Sequence record: SRR20825019_1894
Length of the DNA stretch: 40,695 nucleotides
Strand: one strand, 5' to 3'
The notes under the pieces are model-generated. The model did no database searches and was not told where the DNA came from. It saw only the letters and a program-made list of their open reading frames with translations. The first letter of the stretch is position 1. Each line of letters starts with the position of its first letter. Shown here one piece after another: positions 1 to 8,009 of this stretch. The position numbers were made by a program, and so were the translations under genes.

Positions 1-647
1 GTCTGCCAGTCGGAATGACCGAAGGGCGTGTAGTTTTCCATGATGTCGGCATCGGCGATGCCCTTGGCATTCAGATAGGAGCGCAGGATCTTGTTGGTCG
101 TGCGCGGATAAACGTAGTCGGTACCGAGCAGGACGATGCGCTTCGCTTCGCCGCCCTCTTCACCGAGCAGATAATCAACTGCCGGAATTGCCTGTTGGTT
201 CGGCGCTGCACCGGTGTAGAAGACGTTCCGGGAAGATTCCTCGCCCTCATACTGTACCGGATAGAAGAGCATGCCGTTCAGCTCTTCGAAGACCGGCAGC
301 ACGGATTTGCGGGACACGGACGTCCAGCAGCCGAAAGTCACGGCCACGCCATCCTTGGAAATAAGCTCGCGGGCCTTCTCCGCGAAAAGCGGCCAGTCGG
401 AGGCCGGGTCGACAACGACCGGCTCGAGCTTCATGCCCAGCAGACCGCCTTTTTTGTTCTGCTCGTCAATAAGCATCAGCATGGCGTCCTTCAGTGTGGT
501 TTCACTGATTGCCATGGTTCCGGATAGCGAGTGGAGGATACCGACTTTAATCGTGTCCGCCGCCTGCGCTACTCCCATCCCGGCCGTTGCGGCCAGCCCG
601 AAGGCTGTTGCCGCAAGGGCGCTTTTCCACTTTGTGAGCTTCCCCAT
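1..647 (-). CDS. urtA: Urea ABC transporter substrate-binding protein (5' part; runs off the left edge)
   Basis: Not in the ORF track. My translation from ATG 647 gives [17 protein letters not shown]...[25 protein letters not shown]...[17 protein letters not shown]...YPVQYEGEE...GAAPNQQ...[14 protein letters not shown]...YTPFGHSD, which are UrtA signatures. GGGAGA RBS at 655-660. Confidence 0.93.
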   Translation of the reverse strand, partial: MGKLTKWKSALAATAFGLAATAGMGVAQAADTIKVGILHSLSGTMAISETTLKDAMLMLIDEQNKKGGLLGMKLEPVVVDPASDWPLFAEKARELISKDGVAVTFGCWTSVSRKSVLPVFEELNGMLFYPVQYEGEESSRNVFYTGAAPNQQAIPAVDYLLGEEGGEAKRIVLLGTDYVYPRTTNKILRSYLNAKGIADADIMENYTPFGHSDWQ

Positions 648-694
648 TTTTTAGTCTCCCAGGTCCAGGGTTGTTGTTGCACCGCACAAGAAAT

Positions 695-710
695 AGCAAG
701 CGCTGTGCCA
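695..710 (-). promoter_or_regulatory. sigma54 (-24/-12) promoter of urtA
   Basis: Minus strand reads TGGCAC-AGCGC-TTGCT, an exact match to TGGCAC-N5-TTGCW, about 50 bp upstream of urtA. Confidence 0.9.
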
Positions 711-818
711 CAGCTCCCGGGTCGCGGGAAAATTCAAGAAACTCTATATTTATCAAATTAGTAAACGAATGAACGCCCAATCATTCGAAAACTAGAAGGC
801 GAATTGAACCGTTAATTT

Positions 819-835
819 TGCACCAATATTGGGCA
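819..835. promoter_or_regulatory. NtrC-binding enhancer site
   Basis: TGCACCAATATTGGGCA is close to TGCACC-N5-GGTGCA and lies about 110 bp upstream of the sigma54 promoter. An AT-rich IHF-like tract (TATCAAATTAGTA, 751-763) sits between them. Confidence 0.8.
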
Positions 836-953
836 TTGCCTGTTTTTTAACCGAACTGTAACCAAATTCCACGCATTGACCTTTTGTTGAAGAGGCCGCA
901 TGTCGGTGTGGGGAATTAACTTCCCCCGACGGGGTGTTGTTGCACCACGCGCC

Positions 954-989
954 CCTTGCCCGTGCGCCTTTCGAGGTGCACGGGCAAGG
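954..989. other. Strong intergenic hairpin
   Basis: CCTTGCCCGTGC-GCCT-TTCG-AGGT-GCACGGGCAAGG gives a 16-bp stem (one G-U pair on the + strand) with a UUCG loop and no adjacent U-tract. Confidence 0.7.
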
Positions 990-1198
990 CGCCGGCCGAT
1001 GAAAACATGACCGTTTTCGGCTCATCGGCCCCGGCCAAAACCTGAAGCCGACAAAATCTCAAGAAATATCAACGAATAATTAACAATGTGGCTGCGTAGG
1101 CCGAATCACAAAGTTATACTGATTTTCGCATATGGATTTGCCCGACAGAACGCCTGGGCTGCGCGGGGCCATTCGAAGAACATCAGGGGGCCGCTTAA

Positions 1199-2890
1199 AT
1201 GTCTTTGAATATGTCTACGAAACTCATGGCGCTGGTCGTATTTATGGCCACCGCGCTTTGCGCATTCGCGGGTTTTTCCATCTGGACGATGACCGCCGTG
1301 AAAGGTCAGGTCGACCAGATCATTTTGACCGACACACCGGTTTCCGTTCTGGTTGGCTCGATCGTCGAAAGCCAGCTCGAACAGGAAATGGCCCTGCATA
1401 TCGCCATATCGATTGCCGCACAGGGACGCGGCGATGCCGCAGACGACTATATTGCGAAGTTCGCAAAACACGGCACTGCGGTCGACGAACATCTCTCCTC
1501 GATAAACCTGCTGCTTTCCCCGATTGTTGAAGCTGGCGGCGACCGCGGCATTCGATACGCAGAAATCCAGAAGCTGCTGGCCGAAATTGAAGAAGCGCAC
1601 GACCACATAACGAAGACCGGCAACACTGTTATTGTTCAGCTCAAGTCCTTGATCAAAGCGGCGGGGGGACGCATTCCCCGACTGTCGCACCTCAGCTCTC
1701 ATATGAACAAGATCGAGGAGACCCAGGTCATCATCAGTTCGCGCGTGCATGAGCTGCTGAACAAGGTCAATGGCATGTCCCAGGGATCGGTCGAGGAGAT
1801 CCAGGCCGCCGAGAATTTAGCGATCAGTAGCCTCAGCATTGCTGCAATCATCGCCGTCAGCCTCTCACTGATCATCGGCATTCCGCTCGCCATCAGCATT
1901 CGCCGCCGCCTGAATGCCGCGGTAATGACCGTCGACAGATTTGCCGCGGGTGACCTCTCCGTTCCTGTGCCAGTCACCAATTCGAACGATGAAATCGGCC
2001 GGGTCCTGAAAGCGATCGACGCCATGCAGCGCAATCTGCAAGGGATGCTCGGCACCATCAAAACGGCATCCGGCGGTGTCACCTCTGGCAGCAGCGAGCT
2101 GCGCCAGACGGCACAGCAGGTATCGGATGGTGTGAACGATCAGGCCTCCAGCGTGCAGGAAACCTCCGCCGCAATGGAGGAAATGACCGCAGGCATCCGC
2201 CAGAACGCAAAGAACGCGGAAGAGACGGAAAAAGCATCGGAACGCATGGCCGGCGAAGCCGGGCGTTGTGCCGAAGCAATGACCCAGACAGCCGCAGCCA
2301 TGAAGGATATTTCCGACAAGATCCTCGTCGTCGAGGAAATCACGCGGAAGATCGAACTGCTGGCCCTCAACGCCTCCGTCGAAGCGGCCCGAGCCGGTGA
2401 ACACGGACGCGGCTTCGCGGTTGTTGCCTCCGAAGTCTCACGCCTGGCGGAAATCAGCAAGCAGGCCGCAAGCGAGATCCAGGACGCGTCCGCCGATGGC
2501 CGGGAAGCAGCCGAGAACACGAACCGCCTGCTGAACGATCTGCTGCCGGAAATCACCCGGACCAAGGATCTTGTCCAGGGCATCACCGCCGCCAGCGAAG
2601 AGCAGTCTGTCGGCGCGGACGAGATCAATGTCGCCATCCACCGGCTGAACACCGTGATCCAGCAGAACGCGGCGGCGGCACAGCAGATGGCGGCAACCTC
2701 CGGCGCTCTCGCCGGCCGGGGCCGTGAGCTGCAGGAATCCGTCTCCCGCTTCAAACTGAACGAAGGCGACGCACCGGTTCAGCAGAAAGCCGCGAGCAAA
2801 ACCCCCGCTCACTCCGAAGAAAGCCCGGAGGAAGAGCGCCGCCCCGCGCAGGAAGACAAGATCACGTCCGGTGACTTTGGAAAGTACTAA
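1199..2890 (+). CDS. Methyl-accepting chemotaxis protein (TM, periplasmic helical sensor, TM, HAMP, signalling domain)
   Basis: Two hydrophobic segments, a HAMP region (GDLSVPV...DEIGRV), hairpin tip LLALNASVEAARAGEHGRGFAVVASEV and methylation helices (QETSAAMEEM, AASEEQS). Confidence 0.95.
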   Translation: MSLNMSTKLMALVVFMATALCAFAGFSIWTMTAVKGQVDQIILTDTPVSVLVGSIVESQLEQEMALHIAISIAAQGRGDAADDYIAKFAKHGTAVDEHLSSINLLLSPIVEAGGDRGIRYAEIQKLLAEIEEAHDHITKTGNTVIVQLKSLIKAAGGRIPRLSHLSSHMNKIEETQVIISSRVHELLNKVNGMSQGSVEEIQAAENLAISSLSIAAIIAVSLSLIIGIPLAISIRRRLNAAVMTVDRFAAGDLSVPVPVTNSNDEIGRVLKAIDAMQRNLQGMLGTIKTASGGVTSGSSELRQTAQQVSDGVNDQASSVQETSAAMEEMTAGIRQNAKNAEETEKASERMAGEAGRCAEAMTQTAAAMKDISDKILVVEEITRKIELLALNASVEAARAGEHGRGFAVVASEVSRLAEISKQAASEIQDASADGREAAENTNRLLNDLLPEITRTKDLVQGITAASEEQSVGADEINVAIHRLNTVIQQNAAAAQQMAATSGALAGRGRELQESVSRFKLNEGDAPVQQKAASKTPAHSEESPEEERRPAQEDKITSGDFGKY

Positions 2891-3713
2891 CCCGGTCACG
2901 GCGGAGTTCGACGAGCTCCGCCGTCTGGCGCATTACAAATTCGGGATAATCGTTCCAGCGAATGCGGAAAGTTTCCTGGATTCGCGCCTGCGTGCATTCA
3001 TGAGCCTGTCCGGTCACGAGACGATTCCGGAACTCCTGCGTGAAGCCCGCAGTGATGGCCGCGAGGACCTGCTGATCAATCTGGTCGAGCACCTTTCGAC
3101 CAATCACAGCTACTTTTACCGGGAGCCGGCGCATTTCGAGTTCATGGCATCCACCTTCCTGCCGGAACTCGAGGAACGGCTGCGCCGGGAACGGACGAAG
3201 GACATCCGGATCTGGAGCGCGGCGGCAGCGGCGGGCGAGGAAGCCTATTCGGTGATCATGGCGATGCGGGAATATTTCGGAACGCATTACCAGGATCTGG
3301 ATGCCGGCGTTCTGGCCACAGATATCGCCAAGGCGACCCTGCGCCGGGGTGCCATCGGCGAGTACAGAGCCGAGGCTTTCCGTCACATGCCACTGGCCTG
3401 GCAGCAGAAATATCTCGAATATATCGGCGACAACAGCTATCGCGTGGTAAAGCAGGTACGCGACGATGTGATGTTCCGGTGGCTCAACCTGACCGAACCA
3501 CTCGAAATGTTGCGTGGCCGCTTCCATTTGATCTTGTGCCGAAACGTGATGATCTATTTCGACGATACGACCCGGGAGAATCTGGTCCGGAACCTGAGCA
3601 CGATGCTCGCACCGGGTGGATATCTCTTTATCGGCCATACCGACAATCCGGATCACGCGCGGATTTATCTGGATCAGGTCCGTCCCGCAATCTTCAGAAA
3701 GAAGGCCTCTTGA
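2871..3713 (+). CDS. cheR: Chemoreceptor glutamate methyltransferase
   Basis: Motifs TNHSYFYREPAHF, RIWSA...GEEAYS, LATDI, LILCRNVMIYFD and LAPGGYLFIGH. GTG start overlaps the MCP end, so the exact start is uncertain. Confidence 0.93.
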   Translation: MTLESTNPVTAEFDELRRLAHYKFGIIVPANAESFLDSRLRAFMSLSGHETIPELLREARSDGREDLLINLVEHLSTNHSYFYREPAHFEFMASTFLPELEERLRRERTKDIRIWSAAAAAGEEAYSVIMAMREYFGTHYQDLDAGVLATDIAKATLRRGAIGEYRAEAFRHMPLAWQQKYLEYIGDNSYRVVKQVRDDVMFRWLNLTEPLEMLRGRFHLILCRNVMIYFDDTTRENLVRNLSTMLAPGGYLFIGHTDNPDHARIYLDQVRPAIFRKKAS

Positions 3714-4792
3714 ACGGCCCCAACGGCATTCTCGTTGTCGCTTCGGATCCGCTACTCCGCAAGGTTGTGACGGAAACGATAACGCCCCTTATCGGTGACA
3801 CGGAAGTCCTCGCGGTATCGCAGACACGCGCCACGCCCGACCGCCTTGCGGGCGCTGAGATCGTGGTGCTCGCCGCCCGCGACAATGATTTCCAGAGCCT
3901 CCGGAATGTATTCGAGCTGAGCAAGACCTGCGGGCGCCCTCTTCTCCTGATCACCGCCGGGGAAAGCACGGAAGGCCGCACCGTTGCCGCCCAGCTTAAA
4001 ATTCCCTCCGGGCTGCTGGTCTCCATCCCCGAGCTCGATATCCGCTCCGAGTTGAAGGCCGCCTCTTCCCGTATTGAAAGTGCCCTGCGGCAGGCTCGCG
4101 TGGACCGCCCGCGCCCCGCGCCGTCGCCAGTCGCTCCCCGCCCCGCCCGGACACGAATCTCCCCGGAGCCGGCGAAACCAAGACCTCCCGAGGATATCGG
4201 CGGCGCCCCCTATCTTGGCACCGTGATCTGTATCGGCGCGTCGACCGGCGGCACGGATGCCCTGATGACCGTGCTTTCGGGCCTCGACAAGGATTGCCCG
4301 CCGGTGGTCATCGTCCAGCACATGCCGAAAGACTATGTCGAGGATTTCGCAAACCGGCTGAACCAGTCCTGCACGATAGATGTGATGCTGGCCTATGACA
4401 GCCAGCCCCTCCGCCCGGGCCTCGCTGTCGTGGCCCCCGGCGACCGGCAGTTCCGGTTGCGCAAGGGGAACAAGGGCATATGGACGGCGCTCGGCGAAAG
4501 CGAGCGGATTGGCGGTCATTGCCCGGCAGTCGATGTGATGATGAAGTCGGCAGCACAGGAACTCGGCAAAAAATCCGTCGGCGTCATCCTCACCGGGATG
4601 GGGCGGGACGGCGCGGAAGGCTTGCTTGAAATGCGCAGCGCCGGTGCGCGCACCCTCGCCCAGGACGAAGCCAGCTCCGTCGTTTATGGCATGCCGAAAG
4701 TTGCCTTCGAGGAAAAAGCGGCGGATACCGTCCTGCCGCTACAGAAGATCGCCGGATGGATTTCCGGCGTCACCCTCACCCTGCCAAAATAA
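3710..4792 (+). CDS. cheB: Chemoreceptor methylesterase with a degenerate N-terminal receiver domain
   Basis: Catalytic motifs GASTGG, VQHMP and LTGMGRDGA, plus AQDEASSVVYGMP. TTG start at 3710 overlaps the cheR TGA (TTGA). Confidence 0.92.
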   Translation: MNGPNGILVVASDPLLRKVVTETITPLIGDTEVLAVSQTRATPDRLAGAEIVVLAARDNDFQSLRNVFELSKTCGRPLLLITAGESTEGRTVAAQLKIPSGLLVSIPELDIRSELKAASSRIESALRQARVDRPRPAPSPVAPRPARTRISPEPAKPRPPEDIGGAPYLGTVICIGASTGGTDALMTVLSGLDKDCPPVVIVQHMPKDYVEDFANRLNQSCTIDVMLAYDSQPLRPGLAVVAPGDRQFRLRKGNKGIWTALGESERIGGHCPAVDVMMKSAAQELGKKSVGVILTGMGRDGAEGLLEMRSAGARTLAQDEASSVVYGMPKVAFEEKAADTVLPLQKIAGWISGVTLTLPK

Positions 4793-4807
4793 TACCGAGC
4801 GCCCACC

Positions 4808-7800
4808 CTAGGCTCCCGCGATCGCGATCAGGGTTTCCGGGTCGAGCACCAGCAACGGCTGCCCCTCGCCCATGACCGTGGCACCGGCCAGGACATCAAC
4901 CGCGTTCAACGCCGGATGCAGTTCCTTCATGAAGACTTCCTGACGCCGCTTCACCCGCGCCACGGCAACACCGACCCGGCGCTGCGGCGTGCCGATGATC
5001 ACCACCGGGAAAGCCGTCTGGTTTGCCGCGGCTTCCGGTGTTTCCCATCCAAGCATGGTTTCGATCGCACGCACCGGCAGGAAACCGTCGCGATGCTGAA
5101 TGCCGGCAAATTCGCCGACCTCCTGGATCTGACTGCGGGCAACCTCGATCACTTCGACGATGGAACGTTCCGGCAAGCCAAGGTCCCGTTCGCCATCGGT
5201 CACCACGACAATGCGCTGCAATGCCGCCGAGACCGGGAAACTCAGATAGAACTTGGTGCCCTCTCCCTCGACACTGTCGATATCGATTGACCCGCCGAGA
5301 CGCCGGATCGTGGTCAACACCACGTCCATGCCAACCCCGCGTCCGGATGTTTCCGTGATCGCCGAAGCGGTCGAAAAACCCGGCGCGAAGATCAGGCGCT
5401 GGATTTCCCGTTCGGACATCCGTGCGGCATCCTGATCAGAGAGCAGATTGCGCTCCATGGCTTTCGCCTTGATCCGGGACGTGTTCAAACCGCGCCCATC
5501 ATCGGCAATCATGATCTGTGCGACATTGCCGGTCTGGGTCGCCCTCAGCGTCAGGATCGCTTTCTCGGGTTTACCCAGATTCTGCCGTTCCTCCGGCATC
5601 TCGATCCCGTGATCCATGGCATTGCGGATCATGTGGACCAGCGGCTCCATAAGAGCATCCACCATCGACTTGTCGATCTGGATGTCACCGTCCTCGATAT
5701 CGAGATCGACCTGCTTGCCGAGACTACGCGCGAGATCACGCACCAGACGCGGCATGCGCCCGAGCACGATGCTGATCGGCACCACGCGCAGCTGCAGCGT
5801 GACGGAATGCAGCATCCGCAGCGTGGTTTCCGCCTTCGCGATCTGGCTGGCGAGAATCTTGCCAGCGTCATCGATATGGTTCGCCGCGTAACGCAACCGC
5901 TCCGCCTTGCGCGCGCCGGTCTGCTTCGCCAGAGAGCGCAGCTCCGCGATCGTGCTGGCAAACCCGGCTTCCGATGCCCCCTGCTCAATCCGGGAGATGC
6001 AGAGGCGCAGCTCGGCGACCGTATCGAGATAATTGTCCACCAGCTCCGACGATACCCGGAGCGAACTCCCGCCCGAACCACGGTTCGCCGCACCCGCTTC
6101 CGAGCGTTCAGCCGGGACCTTGGTGTCGGCCGCAACCGGCTCCAGAGTCGCCGATTTCGCAGCCGGCGGAACGGGTGCTGCCTGTGCTGCGGCTGGCGGC
6201 GGTGTCATCGCGGCGGCTGGCCGAACCGGCGCTGCTTGCGGCGCAGCATCGCTCCCAACCGTCCAGTCATCCCCGATATGCATCACGCCCGGCTCCGCTC
6301 CGGCAGAGACCTGTTGCCCAGGGGTTTGTTGCACGGGGGCCTGTTGTACTGGGGCCGGCTGTGGGGCCGCCGCATTCTGCACCTTGTTGCTTGCCAGAAC
6401 CTGCCATGACTGCAGAGCGGCGCGGGCACCATCGATTGCCTGAACGGCCGCCATCATCGGATCGGCCGGGCCGATAACGCCAACAAGGAACTGATAAAGG
6501 TCCGGGTGGGTGTCCACCAGAACCCGGTTCGACATCACCTTTTCCTGATAGATCCGGCCCATGATCTGCTGCGTGGAGGCCGGGCCGTCCGGCAGCATGG
6601 CCTGGATCTCGATAAGATTGGCATTCGGCTGTTTCAGGAAGTCAGCGATCTGTTGCCGCGCTTCCGGCGACAGACTGTTGAAAACCTCATCACCAAGGGA
6701 GGTCCGCAGCTCCGCCACCGCCGCTTCCGCGTTGGTCAGCAACAGGGCCATCTGGTCCCGCAACCGGTCATAGGTGCCGCGCAGCATATCGAGCGAGGCC
6801 ACGTTCAGTCCCTCGATCCCGATCACCTGGCTCTCGCGCCTGATCTCCTCGACCACGGCCAGAGCGCCTGACCGGTCGCGCCAGTCTGCTTCCGCCGTCA
6901 GCTCGCTGGACAGCCGGGCCAGCGCCGAAATCCGCTGCACGCCGAGAGCGCGGGCAAGAATGCCGACCAGCTCCCAGTCCTTCGAGGTTCCGCCGCCCGC
7001 CGACAGCCGGTCAACCACTTCGCGCGCCTCGCGGGAGATGTGAGGTGACATGGAATCGTCCACATCCTCCATCGACAACCCGGAATTGGCGAGTTCCGAC
7101 AGCAGCCGCAGCCGGTGCACGAAGATGCAAAGCCCGCGCGTCAGCTCCGTCTTGTCGAGCGAGCCGGAGTCCCGGAGCAGATCGACGATATCGTTCAGAA
7201 CATCCGAAATGCCGAGATAACCGACCTCGTTCGCGACCTCCCGGATCGCAAGCACCGAGCCGGATATGGCCTGGGTATCCAGCGCTTCCAGTGTCGGGTT
7301 TTCCAATGCCTCGGCGAGCTGCCCAAGCTCATTCCGGACCACCTCGTCAAACGGCCCCACCGTTTCCGGTTGGAATTCAGGCTCGGACGGATCCGCCGCG
7401 GCCTGGGAGACCTGCATCGACATCTGCCGAACCGCACCCGTGTCACTGGTTTCGGCAGGCGCCGTCTCGACAGGAGGAGGCGGTGGAGATGCGGGAGTCG
7501 CCTGAGGCGGAGGAGCAGGTGCGGCCGGGGCCGCCTGTTGTGGAGCGGCCTGCGGGACCGGGGCAGCCTGCGGTGCCGGCGCGGCAATAGCGCCACCGCT
7601 CTTCAACTGCGCCTTCGCAGCCGTCAATTGCGCGACCAGTTGCATGTCGGCCGGTGCATCGCTGGAGCTGGCGATGCTCTGCTCGCGCAAGGCCACCAGC
7701 GTATCCGCGGTCTGCAAAAGCAGCTCGCGTGTTGCCTCGTCCGGCCGGGCTTCCCCGTTCCGGAACATGTCGAGCAAATCTTCGGCGTGATGCGCGACAA

Positions 7801-8005
7801 GTTCGATGCCGGTAAGGCCGAGGGACGCAGAAACACCTTTCAGGGAATGCATGGCGCGAAACAGCGCGCTCATCGTCTCCCCGTTCTCGAGGTCGGCCGC
7901 ACTACCGGAAAGGATATGCTCGATCTGGCCGAGATAGTCCTCGCTCTCCTGCTCGAAGAGTTCCCACATCGCGCCGCCGGCGCCGTCGTCGTCGAAACCG
8001 CTCAT
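4808..8005 (-). CDS. cheA: Chemotaxis histidine kinase, 1065 aa
   Basis: Hpt FRAMHSLKG, dimerisation region SLRVSSELVD, HATPase boxes HMIRNAMDHGIE / DDGRGL / IFAPGFST / SGRGVGMDVV, and a C-terminal CheW-like domain. Confidence 0.95.
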   Translation of the reverse strand: MSGFDDDGAGGAMWELFEQESEDYLGQIEHILSGSAADLENGETMSALFRAMHSLKGVSASLGLTGIELVAHHAEDLLDMFRNGEARPDEATRELLLQTADTLVALREQSIASSSDAPADMQLVAQLTAAKAQLKSGGAIAAPAPQAAPVPQAAPQQAAPAAPAPPPQATPASPPPPPVETAPAETSDTGAVRQMSMQVSQAAADPSEPEFQPETVGPFDEVVRNELGQLAEALENPTLEALDTQAISGSVLAIREVANEVGYLGISDVLNDIVDLLRDSGSLDKTELTRGLCIFVHRLRLLSELANSGLSMEDVDDSMSPHISREAREVVDRLSAGGGTSKDWELVGILARALGVQRISALARLSSELTAEADWRDRSGALAVVEEIRRESQVIGIEGLNVASLDMLRGTYDRLRDQMALLLTNAEAAVAELRTSLGDEVFNSLSPEARQQIADFLKQPNANLIEIQAMLPDGPASTQQIMGRIYQEKVMSNRVLVDTHPDLYQFLVGVIGPADPMMAAVQAIDGARAALQSWQVLASNKVQNAAAPQPAPVQQAPVQQTPGQQVSAGAEPGVMHIGDDWTVGSDAAPQAAPVRPAAAMTPPPAAAQAAPVPPAAKSATLEPVAADTKVPAERSEAGAANRGSGGSSLRVSSELVDNYLDTVAELRLCISRIEQGASEAGFASTIAELRSLAKQTGARKAERLRYAANHIDDAGKILASQIAKAETTLRMLHSVTLQLRVVPISIVLGRMPRLVRDLARSLGKQVDLDIEDGDIQIDKSMVDALMEPLVHMIRNAMDHGIEMPEERQNLGKPEKAILTLRATQTGNVAQIMIADDGRGLNTSRIKAKAMERNLLSDQDAARMSEREIQRLIFAPGFSTASAITETSGRGVGMDVVLTTIRRLGGSIDIDSVEGEGTKFYLSFPVSAALQRIVVVTDGERDLGLPERSIVEVIEVARSQIQEVGEFAGIQHRDGFLPVRAIETMLGWETPEAAANQTAFPVVIIGTPQRRVGVAVARVKRRQEVFMKELHPALNAVDVLAGATVMGEGQPLLVLDPETLIAIAGA

Positions 8006-8009
8006 GCGC

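Noticed and set aside
15-654. Plus-strand ORFs 15..527 and 271..654
   Set aside because: They are antisense shadows of urtA, which is clearly encoded on the minus strand.
894-997. MmgR-like sRNA or c-di-GMP riboswitch
   Set aside because: I could not find the UUUCCUCCCU-type loop or the GEMM conserved motifs. The region is kept only as an unassigned structured candidate.
3479-3709. N-terminal extension of the cheB ORF
   Set aside because: It overlaps cheR by over 230 bp with non-protein-like sequence. TTG 3710 gives a typical 4-bp overlap.
6060-7600. Short repeats such as PQAAP and PVQQ in cheA as a repeat array or CRISPR
   Set aside because: They are in-frame low-complexity linkers with no constant repeat-spacer period.
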